A stretch of DNA of 64,000 nucleotides, from assembly GCA_964527235.1 (NCBI GenBank), contig CAZGNC010000001.1, positions 170,344-234,343 of the forward strand, given 5' to 3'. A model generated the notes under the pieces. The model was not told the DNA's origin. It worked only from the letters and a program-made list of their open reading frames with translations, and made no database searches. A program made the translations under genes and the position numbers. Of the stretch, positions 33,138 through 43,364 are shown piece by piece. Numbering within the stretch: the stretch's first letter is position 1; each line of letters opens with the position of its first letter. The DNA is from an uncultured Candidatus Saccharibacteria bacterium (GTDB taxonomy: Bacteria > Patescibacteriota > Minisyncoccia > Phycocordibacterales > UBA9973).

Positions 33138-34214
33138 CTAATCTTCGAGTTTGGTCTTCTCAGTCTCGAGAAGTGAGAATTCTGGGGAGCTACCAGATAT
33201 ACGCAAGACGTCTTTGTCTATTTTCTTTAATTCTTTGTTCGAAGAGTTGTAGTGGTTGCTGACTGTATTTATCGCGTTGCCGAGTTTGGTGTGATATTCG
33301 CTGTAGGCATTGAGGTGTTTGCCCAGGTCTTCGACTTTTTTGATTATTTCTTTTGCAGATTCTTCTATTTTGAAAGCTTTAAATCCATAGAGTACTGACT
33401 GCAGATACGCCATGAAGGTCGTAGGGGAGATGATTATGACTTTCTTCTCGTTGTAGGCGTAGTCTATGAGGTTCCTAGTGTTTACTTTTATCGAGCCGAC
33501 TTCGTTGACTAGTAGATCGTAATATATCGCCTCTGCTGGGATATACATAAATGCGAATGGCAAAGTGTTCTCATCAGGGCGAACGTATTTCGCAGTTTCG
33601 TCGATGCGTTTCTTGAGATCGTTTTTAAATTCTTTTTCTAATTCTTCTCTCTGTCTGTCGTCCATAGCGTGCACAACTCGGTCGTAGTTGTCGAGAGAGA
33701 ATTTCGCATCTATCGGGATGATGCCTTCTTTAGTGATGATGACAGCGTCGACGACTTCTTTGTTTTTAAATTCATACTGCATCTTGTACTGGCCGGGCGC
33801 AAGAGTGTTCGAAAGTATGAGCTCAAGCGATGCTTCACCCCAGTTGCCTCGTTGTTTCTGGTGCTTGAGAGTCTTCTCGAGACTGCCGAGCTTCTCGGCA
33901 ATGTTTACGAATTCACGAGTGGCTTCGTTCGCCTTGGTTTGCTCGCGGGTGACGTCGATGAGGCTCTTGTTCATCTGCTCATTTATATCTTTAATTAATT
34001 TCTGCGAATCAGAGAACTGCGCACGCACAGCGTCCTGCATGTCACGGCGAGACTCTGTGAGTTTAGAGTCGAGCGCTCGAGCGAGCTCAGACATTTGTTG
34101 CTGAAGTAGGGAGAAGGATTGGTCCCCAGTAGAACTTTTCCCTTTATTTAGAAAAAGGTAAACAATAACACCACCTACCGCTACTCCTAAAATTATATAA
34201 ATTATGTTTTCCAT
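33138..34214 (-). CDS. rmuC: DNA recombination protein RmuC
   Basis: 358 aa; N-terminal TM then coiled-coil; RmuC C-terminal nuclease-like region (YIPAEAIYYDLLV...). Confidence 0.75.
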   Translation of the reverse strand: MENIIYIILGVAVGGVIVYLFLNKGKSSTGDQSFSLLQQQMSELARALDSKLTESRRDMQDAVRAQFSDSQKLIKDINEQMNKSLIDVTREQTKANEATREFVNIAEKLGSLEKTLKHQKQRGNWGEASLELILSNTLAPGQYKMQYEFKNKEVVDAVIITKEGIIPIDAKFSLDNYDRVVHAMDDRQREELEKEFKNDLKKRIDETAKYVRPDENTLPFAFMYIPAEAIYYDLLVNEVGSIKVNTRNLIDYAYNEKKVIIISPTTFMAYLQSVLYGFKAFKIEESAKEIIKKVEDLGKHLNAYSEYHTKLGNAINTVSNHYNSSNKELKKIDKDVLRISGSSPEFSLLETEKTKLED

Positions 34215-34266
34215 TTAGTAGATATTTTAGCATTTTTTTATAAGAAAAACTTTTATAAAACGAAAG

Positions 34267-34303
34267 AGCCACACGATGGTCGGTGTGACTCAATCGTGTG
34301 GCT
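34267..34303 (-). terminator. 11-bp-stem hairpin terminator downstream of the island-9 gene (minus strand)
   Basis: agccacacgat-ggtcggtgtgactca-atcgtgtggct with a T-rich run following on the minus strand (cttt cgttttat). Confidence 0.5.
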
Positions 34304-34324
34304 TTGTTTCTTTGTGAAGATGCC

Positions 34325-34639
34325 CTAGTTGTCGTCGGGCGTCTGGAGGGGGGCGTCGTGTTCGACGTCCTCCTTCTGCTTGGCGAGGGCGATTACTTCC
34401 GCCCACTTTTCGCCGAATTCACCATCTGCTTCGAGGCCCTCGACGGGAACCTCGAACTTGATGGCTGTCTTGATGTACACGTTGACCTGCGATGGGTCAA
34501 CCTCGGCGAGCTCGACCGTCTTGTCGAATTGTTCTCCGGCGACTCCATCCAGCTCGATGTCTTCCCACTCGATGTCGTCGTACGACGCTCCAAGTACGAG
34601 AACGGCGTTGACGAACTCCTTCCTTCTTGCCCAGTTCAT
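34325..34639 (-). CDS. acidic hypothetical protein (104 aa) in GC-rich island 9
   Basis: TTGACA-N17-TAATTT promoter inside the 3' end of the upstream exonuclease gene; MNWARRKEFVNAVLVLGASYDDIEWEDIELDGVAGEQ...; no family recognised. Confidence 0.4.
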   Translation of the reverse strand: MNWARRKEFVNAVLVLGASYDDIEWEDIELDGVAGEQFDKTVELAEVDPSQVNVYIKTAIKFEVPVEGLEADGEFGEKWAEVIALAKQKEDVEHDAPLQTPDDN

Positions 34640-34705
34640 GCGGGTTCCTGTGTTGAGGGTGAGGTACTTCAAAAACAAATTAACATACCATTGTGAGTCT
34701 GTCAA

Positions 34706-35422
34706 TTACCTATTTAAAAAATGTTTAAGCGTATAAATCCAGTCTTCGTCGATGCCGTCGCCGTTGAGTTTCTGCTCTAGGAGCCAGTCCAAGTAGCCAC
34801 GATCGGTCTTTACGACTTCCTCTATTCTTTTTCCGTTGTATTTACCAAATTTAAATGTGTGAAGTATCGAAGGGTGTGAAGATATCTCCATCATACGCTC
34901 GAGTGCGTCGCTTTCTTCTATGTTTTCTTTCTCCATGATTTTCTTCTTCAAGCGTTCGAAGAGCTTCTCGAGTACCAGCACGTCGCCGAGAGCGTCGTGG
35001 GCTTGAGCCTCGACTTCTATCTCGAGTAAGTAACGAAGGTATTGCAGGTTGTATTTTGCTATTTTCTCTTCAGGGTCGAGATGTCTGACGACGCGAAGTG
35101 TGCAGATGAAGTTCTTGGGCTCGATGCCTTCTTTTTTAAACATTACTAAATCAAATGGTGCGTTGTGGGCGACGACTATAGAGTTGGTATCTTCGAAAAG
35201 TTCTTTGATTTTTTCCTTGTCGCCACTTTCGGCAAATGATGGTTTATCCGCGATCATCTTGTTTGAGATGTGGTGCACAGCTGATGCTTCGGGTGGGATT
35301 TTAATCGGGGGTTTGTATAGTGCTTCGAAAGTTTCTTCGCCCGTCTTGTAAGCTATCTGACATAGGAAATCTTTTTCCGTGTTTCCGGTGGTTTCTGTAT
35401 CAAAAAAGATTATTTTTGGCAT
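34706..35422 (-). CDS. DnaQ-like 3'-5' exonuclease (DEDDh family)
   Basis: 238 aa; Exo I FFDTETTG, Exo II VVAHNAPFD, Exo III HDALGDV. Confidence 0.7.
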   Translation of the reverse strand: MPKIIFFDTETTGNTEKDFLCQIAYKTGEETFEALYKPPIKIPPEASAVHHISNKMIADKPSFAESGDKEKIKELFEDTNSIVVAHNAPFDLVMFKKEGIEPKNFICTLRVVRHLDPEEKIAKYNLQYLRYLLEIEVEAQAHDALGDVLVLEKLFERLKKKIMEKENIEESDALERMMEISSHPSILHTFKFGKYNGKRIEEVVKTDRGYLDWLLEQKLNGDGIDEDWIYTLKHFLNR

Positions 35423-35457
35423 TTCATTATTTTATCATAATTTGTTACAATCTGTGT

Positions 35458-35907
35458 ATGTTGCACGAACAAATAAAAAACCAAATAAAAGAAGCCATGA
35501 TGGCGAAAGACACAGTAAGACTCGAGACTCTTCGAGGTATGTCTGCAGCTTTTACTAACGACCTGGTGGCTAAAGGCAAGAAGCCCAACGAGATGCTCTC
35601 TGATGAGGAAGCTCTCGCGGTTATCACTCGACTTTCAAAGCAACGCAAAGACTCTATCGAGCAGTTCAAAAATGGCGGTCGCGAGGATCTCGTAGCCGAA
35701 GAGAGCGCTCAGCTTGCGATACTCGAGACTTATTTGCCTAAGATGATGGATAAATCTGAGGTAGAGAAAATAGTAAAAGCCAAGAAAGAAGAACTTGGCA
35801 TAACTGATGCAACTAAAAAGGGTATGCTGATGGCGGGTGTTATGAAAGACCTCAAGGGTAAAGCAGACGGCACCGTGGTTAAAGAAGTGGTAGATTCTCT
35901 ATTCTAA
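35458..35907 (+). CDS. GatB/YqeY-domain protein
   Basis: Starts at MLHEQIKNQIKEAMMAKD; YqeY-like helical domain (DLVAEESAQLAILETYLPKMM); track ORF extended upstream spuriously. Confidence 0.65.
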   Translation: MLHEQIKNQIKEAMMAKDTVRLETLRGMSAAFTNDLVAKGKKPNEMLSDEEALAVITRLSKQRKDSIEQFKNGGREDLVAEESAQLAILETYLPKMMDKSEVEKIVKAKKEELGITDATKKGMLMAGVMKDLKGKADGTVVKEVVDSLF

Positions 35908-36809
35908 TGTTTTCGTTTAAGAAGAAAATAAAATTAGTTACACACAATGGGTCATTTCACACAGATGATATTTTTGCTTGTGCGTCTTTGTCTTTGCTTT
36001 TAGAAAAAAGAGGTGAGAAATTCGAAATCGTGCGTACTCGTGATGCAGAAATTATAAAATCTGGAGATTTTGTTTTCGATGTTGGGGGCGTGTATGATGC
36101 AGGTAGCAATAAGTTCGATCACCATCAGAAAGATTTCGCCGAGAAGAGGGAAAACGGCATAACTTATTCTTCTTTTGGTTTAATTTGGAAGAAATTTGGC
36201 GTAGAAATTTGTGGTAGAGATAAGGTTGCCGAGTTTCTAGATAAGAAATTAGTTGCTCCAGTAGACGCCGGAGACAACGGCATAGACTTGATAAGTAGCA
36301 CTCACGAGGTGGCGCCGTATTTGTTGCACAATTTCTTTTATGCAATGCATCCGACATGGAAAGAAACAACCAACGACGATGTGGTATTTAAAAAATGTGT
36401 TGAATTAGCCAAAACTGTCCTTCTAAGAGAGATAAAACAATCAGAAGATGCTCTCTCGGCTGAAGAATCTATAAATAATATTTACAACAATGCGTTAGAC
36501 AAGAGAATTATCGTGCTTGATGACAATTATCCGTTTGAATATTTTCTGCATAATTTTCCCGAGCCATTGTTTGCGATATATCCCAGGAAGACTGATGGCT
36601 CTTGGGGAGTGAAGGCTATTCGTGAAGATATGAAGACTTTTAAAAATCGAAAAGATCTTCCATCTGCCTGGGGAGGACTAGATAAAGAAGCATTACAAAA
36701 AGTTTCTGGCGTAGACGATGCAGTCTTCTGCCATCGGGGACTTTTCTTGGCGGCGGCTAAGTCTAAGGAGGGGGCTATCAAATTAGCTCAAATTGCGGTA
36801 GAATCCTAA
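35907..36809 (+). CDS. MYG1/UPF0160-family metal-dependent hydrolase
   Basis: 300 aa; N-terminal THNGSFHTDD and DHHQ motifs typical of the MYG1 family. Confidence 0.6.
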   Translation: MFSFKKKIKLVTHNGSFHTDDIFACASLSLLLEKRGEKFEIVRTRDAEIIKSGDFVFDVGGVYDAGSNKFDHHQKDFAEKRENGITYSSFGLIWKKFGVEICGRDKVAEFLDKKLVAPVDAGDNGIDLISSTHEVAPYLLHNFFYAMHPTWKETTNDDVVFKKCVELAKTVLLREIKQSEDALSAEESINNIYNNALDKRIIVLDDNYPFEYFLHNFPEPLFAIYPRKTDGSWGVKAIREDMKTFKNRKDLPSAWGGLDKEALQKVSGVDDAVFCHRGLFLAAAKSKEGAIKLAQIAVES

Positions 36810-36813
36810 ATAT

Positions 36814-37827
36814 ATGGCTTTTATAGATGAAATGACAATAGAAGCTTCGGCTGGCCGAGGCGGTGATGGCGTGGTCAGATGGCGACAGGAAAAATTTGTT
36901 CCGAAAGGTGGTCCTGCGGGGGGAGACGGCGGACGCGGAGGGGATTTCTACGTGAAAGCTGTTCGTGACATACATATACTTTCTAAATATAGTGGCAAGA
37001 AAAGTTTCGATGCGGGTCGTGGTGAGGACGGCGGTAAGAAAAGTCTGCATGGCAAGAAGGGTGATGATTTCTTCTTGGAGCTTCCTATTGGCTCTATCAT
37101 CACCAACCTAAATACCGAAGAAAAATGGCAACTCAATACTGAAGGTGAGCAGATAATGTTGCTTAAAGGTGGTTACGGAGGATTCGGTAATGAGCATTTC
37201 AAAAGTTCAGTAAACACTACTCCGAAAGAATCACGTCCTGGCCAAGACGGCGAGACTGCACGTTTCAAAATCGAGCTCGAGCTTTTCGCAGATATCGGTC
37301 TTATTGGTTTGCCGAATGCAGGTAAGTCATCACTACTTAACTCTATTACAAATGCTGAAGCTAAAGTTGGAGATTATGCCTTCACTACTCTTGATCCTAA
37401 CTTGGGGAATTTCTATGGCTACACTATCGCTGACATCCCAGGACTTATCGAAGGCGCGAATACTGGTAAAGGCTTGGGAGTGAAATTCTTAAGACACATT
37501 AAGCGCACCAAGATGCTTGCGCATTTAGTTTCGTTTGAGAATCTTTCTACTAGCAAGCTCGGTATGATGAAAGTCTACAAACAGATTCGTAAAGAATTAG
37601 AAAAGTATGACAAGAAGTTAGGAGTTAAGGGTGATGGGCTCGCAGATAAAGAAGAAATAATAATCCTCACAAAGTCTGACGTCGTACAAGATCCCAAGGT
37701 TGTAAAAAAGCTCGTTGCTGATTTTAAGAAATTAAAGAAAAAAGTTTTCGTGTTGTCGCTTTTTGATGATAAATCTATCAAAGAACTTCAAGACGGCTTC
37801 ACCAAACTGCTCGCAAAAAGTAAGTAA
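36814..37827 (+). CDS. obg: GTPase Obg/CgtA
   Basis: 337 aa; glycine-rich Obg fold N-terminus (AGRGGDGVVRWRQEKFVPKGGPAGGDGGRGGD); G1 GLPNAGKSS; G3 DIPG. Confidence 0.9.
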   Translation: MAFIDEMTIEASAGRGGDGVVRWRQEKFVPKGGPAGGDGGRGGDFYVKAVRDIHILSKYSGKKSFDAGRGEDGGKKSLHGKKGDDFFLELPIGSIITNLNTEEKWQLNTEGEQIMLLKGGYGGFGNEHFKSSVNTTPKESRPGQDGETARFKIELELFADIGLIGLPNAGKSSLLNSITNAEAKVGDYAFTTLDPNLGNFYGYTIADIPGLIEGANTGKGLGVKFLRHIKRTKMLAHLVSFENLSTSKLGMMKVYKQIRKELEKYDKKLGVKGDGLADKEEIIILTKSDVVQDPKVVKKLVADFKKLKKKVFVLSLFDDKSIKELQDGFTKLLAKSK

Positions 37828-37832
37828 TTAAA

Positions 37833-39314
37833 GTGTTTGGTTTACTAGGTTTTTCGTGCTATAATATGCGTAATATGATGAATAAAATAAGTGATTTGTA
37901 TACAAAATACAAGAAGTATTTCTGGATTGGCTTGGGAATTCTGATTCTCGTGCTTATCTTGTCAGGGGTTTTCTCTAAAAATGCCAGCAAAACAGGCAAT
38001 GAGTACATAGTTGCTAAGGCTAATATTGAGCAATCTGTTGAACTTTCTGGAAAAGTAGAGACCAGTGATCGCGCAGACCTCGGATTTGCCGCTTCTGGAC
38101 GTCTAGAAAGAATTTACGTTAAAAATAATGAAAAGGTAACCACAGGTAGGGCGCTCGCTCAGCTTGAAATAGGGGACTTACTGGCTGAATTAAAGATTAA
38201 ACAGGCCAATTCACAGACTTCTAGTATAGACCTTCAATCAGCAAAAGATGAATTGTCTAAAGTAACAAAACAAGAAGATACCAAAGTTGCCAATGCTTTC
38301 CGAACAATGCTTTCTGAGGGTTTAGAATTAGTACCAAGTTCTAGTATTTATGATGTTGAGCCACCTACTTTGGGTGGGATTTATGATGGCGCTCCGGGAC
38401 AATATAAAATCCGCATACTCAAGAAATCAGTTACGTCTTCGGATTTTGAAATTCTTACTTTCAATCTCGAAACAACAAAAACAGTGATTGATGAAGAAGG
38501 CCAGACTCCTCTCGGCACAAGGGGGCTCTATATCTCTTTCGGCGGTGCAGATCTAAATGATTACGATGATACAGTTTGGTATCTTGATATTCCTAATAAA
38601 GCTAGCTCATCATATCTAGCTAACTTGAATGCTTACAATGAAGCCAAGAATGCTAGAGACCTCGCCATTAAAGATGCACAGTCTGCTTATGACAAGCTTC
38701 TTGCTGAAGACGGTGGAGGATCTTCTGTGGCTCAAGCTGAAATTCAGAAAATAAATGCAGAGATAAGAAAGAATACAATATACGCGCCTTTCTCTGGCAT
38801 AGTGACCAACATAGAGAAAGAAGTCGGAGAAAATGCTTCTACCGGTGAAACTATTATTTCTATCTTAGGTGAAGAGCAACTCGAAGTAGTTCTGCAAGTA
38901 TCTGAGCTTGATGTTTCGAAATTAATTCCAGGTATGAGTATTAAGGTAAATCTTGATGCTTTCCCGGGAGAGGATTTCTATGGAACTTTGAAAACTGTAA
39001 ACTCAAAAGAGACTACCATCGACGGAGTGCCTGTGTATGAAGCATTTGTCGAGCTTTCTTCAAGCGAGCGAATCAAGACCGGCATGAGTGCTAGTGGGTC
39101 TGTGGTTTTAGACAAGAGAGAAAATGTGTTGGTTATACCATCTTATTTCGTTAAGAAAGTAGATGGCAAGGATGTTGTAGATATTGTAGATGAAAAAGGT
39201 AAAACTACTGAAAAACAAGTTACTCTTGGCCTCCTAGGTTCTGACAACATGGTTGAAGTACTTTCTGGGCTTACAGAAGGAGATAAAATAATGTCTACGA
39301 CTGTTAAGAAATAA
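37833..39314 (+). CDS. efflux periplasmic adaptor (HlyD/MacA-like membrane fusion protein)
   Basis: 493 aa; N-terminal TM; long coiled-coil; beta-barrel/lipoyl-like C-terminal region; precedes the ABC permease and ATPase. Confidence 0.6.
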   Translation: MFGLLGFSCYNMRNMMNKISDLYTKYKKYFWIGLGILILVLILSGVFSKNASKTGNEYIVAKANIEQSVELSGKVETSDRADLGFAASGRLERIYVKNNEKVTTGRALAQLEIGDLLAELKIKQANSQTSSIDLQSAKDELSKVTKQEDTKVANAFRTMLSEGLELVPSSSIYDVEPPTLGGIYDGAPGQYKIRILKKSVTSSDFEILTFNLETTKTVIDEEGQTPLGTRGLYISFGGADLNDYDDTVWYLDIPNKASSSYLANLNAYNEAKNARDLAIKDAQSAYDKLLAEDGGGSSVAQAEIQKINAEIRKNTIYAPFSGIVTNIEKEVGENASTGETIISILGEEQLEVVLQVSELDVSKLIPGMSIKVNLDAFPGEDFYGTLKTVNSKETTIDGVPVYEAFVELSSSERIKTGMSASGSVVLDKRENVLVIPSYFVKKVDGKDVVDIVDEKGKTTEKQVTLGLLGSDNMVEVLSGLTEGDKIMSTTVKK

Positions 39315-39316
39315 TA

Positions 39317-40624
39317 ATGCAAGAAAAAATAGAAAGTTCACATAAAAATAAGACATCTGGCCTTAAGAAATGGATCAATGTTTTTTCTGTCGGTTGGTTC
39401 TTGGCTAAAAGGCAAATCAAAGGCTCCAGCAAGGCCACGACTTTTCTTATTGTTTTCATCATGATGCTGACTTTCCTAAACCTGGTTGTTGTGTCTGGTA
39501 TTTTGATTGGTCTTATAGAAGGAGGTAATAGAGCAAATAAAGAACAGTACACTGGAGATGTAATTATCACTACTTTGGCTGGTAAAAATGGTATAGAGAA
39601 TACTTATGAAATAGAAAACACTCTAAGAAAGATGCCTGGCGTTTCTAATATTAGTATTCGATATGCTGAGTCCGGGCAAGCAGAGGCTAACTACAAAACT
39701 CGTAGAGATTTCAGTATCTTACAAGATATAGTTGGTACACAGATGGTGGGGATAGACCTTGAAGAAGAAAACCAACTATCAGGATTAAAGAAATTCGTTG
39801 TAGAAGGAGAGTTCTTAGATGAAAAAGAAAGTGGTTATATATTGATGGGAGCAAATCTTCTGCGTAGATATTCTTCTGGTTTTGGAGATTTCTTCGCTTC
39901 TCTTGAAGGAGTGTATCCTGGAGAGGAGGTCAAGATAACTCTCGATGGTAAAACAAAAACATTTATCGTAAAGGGGATAGTCGATACAAAAGTAGATGCG
40001 GTGTCGATGAGAATTTTCATGACTAAGGCAGATTTCTGGAGGCTTGTAGATCGTCCGACATTAAGTGCAAACGAGATATCAATTAGACTAGATTCTAACA
40101 CCTTAGTAACTCCTGACGATGTGAAGGCGAATTTAGTAAAAGCAGGATTTGCGACAGATGGTAAAATACAAACTGCGACAGAGGCTATCCCAGAATTTCT
40201 AAATCAAATTAAAATAGCGTTCGGGCTTCTCGGGAACGTCATTGGGCTTATCGGTATCGTTGTGGCATCTATTACTATATTTATCGTCATTTTCATCAAC
40301 GCTGTGACTCGCAGGAAGTATATCGGCATCATGAAGGGTATCGGCATCTCAGAGAAAGCCATTGAAATATCTTATATATTGCAGTCTATCTTCTACGCTT
40401 CGTTTGGAGGACTACTTGGCACGTTGATTATTTACACTATGTTGGTCCCTCTCTTTAATGCGCATCCCTTAGACTTTCCTTTCTCTGACGGTATTCTAGT
40501 GGCTCCAATCCAAGGAACTTCTATTAGATTTTTCTTACTTCTCATTGTTACACTGATTGCTGGATATATTCCTGCGAGGATGATTGTTAAGAAGAATACA
40601 CTGGATAGTATTTTAGGAAGATAA
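39317..40624 (+). CDS. ABC transporter permease (FtsX/MacB-like)
   Basis: 435 aa; N-terminal TM, large extracytoplasmic domain, C-terminal 3-TM FtsX-like module. Confidence 0.7.
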   Translation: MQEKIESSHKNKTSGLKKWINVFSVGWFLAKRQIKGSSKATTFLIVFIMMLTFLNLVVVSGILIGLIEGGNRANKEQYTGDVIITTLAGKNGIENTYEIENTLRKMPGVSNISIRYAESGQAEANYKTRRDFSILQDIVGTQMVGIDLEEENQLSGLKKFVVEGEFLDEKESGYILMGANLLRRYSSGFGDFFASLEGVYPGEEVKITLDGKTKTFIVKGIVDTKVDAVSMRIFMTKADFWRLVDRPTLSANEISIRLDSNTLVTPDDVKANLVKAGFATDGKIQTATEAIPEFLNQIKIAFGLLGNVIGLIGIVVASITIFIVIFINAVTRRKYIGIMKGIGISEKAIEISYILQSIFYASFGGLLGTLIIYTMLVPLFNAHPLDFPFSDGILVAPIQGTSIRFFLLLIVTLIAGYIPARMIVKKNTLDSILGR

Positions 40625-40628
40625 ATTT

Positions 40629-41297
40629 ATGATAAAGATCAAAGATTTAAAAAAGTCATTCGTAACTAAGGATACTGAAACTCACGTTCTGCGTGGGATT
40701 GATTTAGAAGTTAAGTCTGGAGAATTCTTGGGCATAATGGGTAAATCTGGCGCGGGTAAATCGACTCTGATGTATCAGATCAGTATGCTAGACCACCCAA
40801 CCAGTGGGGAAATTATTTTGAATGGCATAAATACCGAAGAACTGTCCATGGAAGAGCGTACTCAGATGAGACTATTTGAGCTTGGATATGTTTTCCAAGA
40901 CTATGCACTTATCCCAGAGCTTACTGCAGTCGAGAATGTAATGATACCTCTTTTGATGCAAGATAATTCTTTCGCTGAAGCGAGGAAAATCGCCGAAGGT
41001 GTGCTTGAGAGAGTGGGACTGCTTCACCGTAAAGATAACAAGCCAAGCCAGCTTTCTGGTGGAGAACAGCAGAGAGTGTCTATCGCTCGAGCTATTGCTC
41101 ACAATCCAAAGATTTTATTTGCTGACGAACCAACCGCGAACCTCGACAGTGTTTCTGGTAGATCTATCATTGAACTTTTCGAAGAATTACACAAAAAAGG
41201 GCAGACCATCGTAATGGTGACCCACGAGCCTGAGTATGCGAAATACTGCAACCGTATCGTGTATCTAGAAGATGGAAAAATCGTGAGGGAGAGTTAA
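40629..41297 (+). CDS. ABC transporter ATP-binding protein (MacB/LolD-like)
   Basis: 222 aa; Walker A GKSGAGKST; signature LSGGEQQRVSIARA; Walker B ILFADEPT. Confidence 0.85.
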   Translation: MIKIKDLKKSFVTKDTETHVLRGIDLEVKSGEFLGIMGKSGAGKSTLMYQISMLDHPTSGEIILNGINTEELSMEERTQMRLFELGYVFQDYALIPELTAVENVMIPLLMQDNSFAEARKIAEGVLERVGLLHRKDNKPSQLSGGEQQRVSIARAIAHNPKILFADEPTANLDSVSGRSIIELFEELHKKGQTIVMVTHEPEYAKYCNRIVYLEDGKIVRES

Positions 41298-41307
41298 GAT
41301 AGAAGAT

Positions 41308-41335
41308 TTGACAGTATTTTTTTATATAGTAATCT
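41308..41335 (+). promoter_or_regulatory. sigma70-like promoter TTGACA-N16-TAATCT upstream of the island-6 gene
   Basis: ttgacagtatttttttatatagtaatct in the AT-rich gap after the ABC ATPase stop. Confidence 0.35.
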
Positions 41336-41382
41336 CAGATTAGGTTTCAAGTCCCTTTACTCAATGACACGGAGCGTGGGTT

Positions 41383-41826
41383 ATGAATGGCATCGTCCGC
41401 ATCGACAGAGAGCTTGTGGTGTCTGTTCACCCAATCGTCGTAGAGTTTCTTTCCCCCGAGATACAGAATACTGGGCCGGCAGAGTATCGTGTTGCATCTC
41501 TGTGGGGGGAGCTCGGTTTCGGTCGAGAGAGGTTGTCTGGAGATGATATACTGAAGATGTTGACCGAACTAGGGCTGATCAACTCCTGTCTTCGGTATCG
41601 TGATTTGCTTTTGATACAAAATACGGGCCCTGCATTCTTTCGACATGTGGCGCCCAAGGACCAAGAGCAAATCTCGGCTTGGGCATCTGCGTTTCGTGGC
41701 AAAGGTGGTCACACGTACGTTCCGTATTTGAGGTTGGATCGTGGCCCCGAGTTGCGTATTGGCTTCATGGACAGCAAGGTGAAGATATGGAACCAGGAAC
41801 GAGGGATCCATCGTTTCCGGGGGTGA
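41383..41826 (+). CDS. hypothetical protein (147 aa) in GC-rich island 6, with an internal sequence repeat
   Basis: SD GGAGCG ~10 nt upstream of ATG; repeat EIQNTGPAEYR vs LIQNTGPAFFR; no family recognised. Confidence 0.45.
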   Translation: MNGIVRIDRELVVSVHPIVVEFLSPEIQNTGPAEYRVASLWGELGFGRERLSGDDILKMLTELGLINSCLRYRDLLLIQNTGPAFFRHVAPKDQEQISAWASAFRGKGGHTYVPYLRLDRGPELRIGFMDSKVKIWNQERGIHRFRG

Positions 41827-41859
41827 ACCTCCTTATCTGTGAATAGTAGTTTGTAGTCA

Positions 41860-41900
41860 GACCCGGACAGGCGATAGCTTGTCCGGGTCGCTGTTTTATT
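41860..41900 (+). terminator. intrinsic terminator of the island-6 gene
   Basis: gacccggacagg-cgatag-cttgtccgggtc (11-12 bp stem) followed by gctgttttatt. Confidence 0.6.
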
Positions 41901-41930
41901 AATTATGGTTTGTATGATAAAATCCAAATT

Positions 41931-43358
41931 ATGTCGAAAACATATTACCCGACAATAGGTTTAGAAGTTCACGCAGAGCTCAAGACAAACACTAAGATGT
42001 TTTGTGCTTGCAAGAACGATCCTGACGAAGAGAATCCTAATACCAATATCTGCCCAGTCTGCATGGCGCATCCTGGGGCTTTGCCTGTTATCAATAAAAG
42101 GGCAGTGGAGAATGTTATCAAAGTCGGTCTTGCTATAAATGGCAAGATTGCAGACTTTACTGAATTTGATCGTAAGAATTATTTCTACCCTGATATACCT
42201 AAGGGCTATCAGATTTCTCAATACAAGTATCCTATAGTTTCTGTTGGGCGATTGGCGAACTTCGATGTGACCCGAGTGCATTTAGAGGAAGATACTGCTA
42301 ACAACAAACACGAAGCAGATGCTTCACTTATAGATTTCAATCGCGCAGGCGTGCCGTTGATGGAGCTTGTGACCGAGCCTCACACCTTCGACAACGCTGA
42401 GACTACAGCGAAAGCGGCTACGAATTTCGCGAAAGAGCTACAGCTTGTGCTCTGGTATCTAGGAGTTTCTGAAGCGAACATGGAGAAAGGTGAGATGCGT
42501 GTAGAGGCAAATATTTCTGTGTCTCCAGATAAGAGTAAATTTGGCACAAAAGTTGAAGTTAAAAATTTAAATTCTTTTAGAAGTGTAGAACGTGCTATCA
42601 AATACGAACTCGAGAGAATGATTGAGTTATGGGAAGAAGGCAAGGAAAGTGAAATAGTCCAGGAGACTCGTGGTTGGGATGAAGGCAAGCAGAAGACTTT
42701 CTCTCAGAGAAAGAAAGAATCAAGCGAAGACTATCGATATTTCCCAGATCCAGACTTACCGAAGCTCAAGCTTCACCAGGCTTTTAACCTAGATGAAATG
42801 AAGCAGGCCTTGCCTGAACTTCCAGAAGCCAAACGTGCTAGGTATAAAAATGATTTTGGAATCAAAGATGAAGACGTCGAAGTCTTCGTGAATGATGTTG
42901 GGTTGGGTGAGTGGTTTGAAAGTGTGGCAAATATTCTTAAAGATACCGAAAAGATAAAAACTGCTTCAAATTATACTACTTCTGATTTTATCGGGTTACG
43001 AAAAGCAAATCCTGATGCGAAGATGCCAATCGATAAGAATTTCGCTGAACTAATAAATCTAGTGGCGGGTGGAGATATTTCTTCTCGCGCCGCGAAAGAC
43101 ATACTTGCGATGATTGTGGTCAAAGATGAGTCTCCTGAGAAAATTGCAAAAGAGAAGAATCTTCTACAGAGTAACGACGAAGGAGCGCTGAAAGCTATTG
43201 TTGAGAAAATAATAAACGAAAACCCTGAAGTCGTCGCTACTTACAAGGGTGGTAAAGAGAACGCTATCATGTCGCTTGTTGGTAAAATAATAAAAGAGTC
43301 CAACGGCTCTGCTAACCCGCAGATAGTTATTAAATTGCTCAAAGAAATGTTAAAATAG
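41931..43358 (+). CDS. gatB: aspartyl/glutamyl-tRNA(Asn/Gln) amidotransferase subunit B
   Basis: Starts MSKTYYPTIGLEVHAELKTNTKMFCACKN, the canonical GatB N-terminus; C-terminal YqeY-like helical domain. Confidence 0.85.
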   Translation: MSKTYYPTIGLEVHAELKTNTKMFCACKNDPDEENPNTNICPVCMAHPGALPVINKRAVENVIKVGLAINGKIADFTEFDRKNYFYPDIPKGYQISQYKYPIVSVGRLANFDVTRVHLEEDTANNKHEADASLIDFNRAGVPLMELVTEPHTFDNAETTAKAATNFAKELQLVLWYLGVSEANMEKGEMRVEANISVSPDKSKFGTKVEVKNLNSFRSVERAIKYELERMIELWEEGKESEIVQETRGWDEGKQKTFSQRKKESSEDYRYFPDPDLPKLKLHQAFNLDEMKQALPELPEAKRARYKNDFGIKDEDVEVFVNDVGLGEWFESVANILKDTEKIKTASNYTTSDFIGLRKANPDAKMPIDKNFAELINLVAGGDISSRAAKDILAMIVVKDESPEKIAKEKNLLQSNDEGALKAIVEKIINENPEVVATYKGGKENAIMSLVGKIIKESNGSANPQIVIKLLKEMLK

Positions 43359-43364
43359 TCACAT

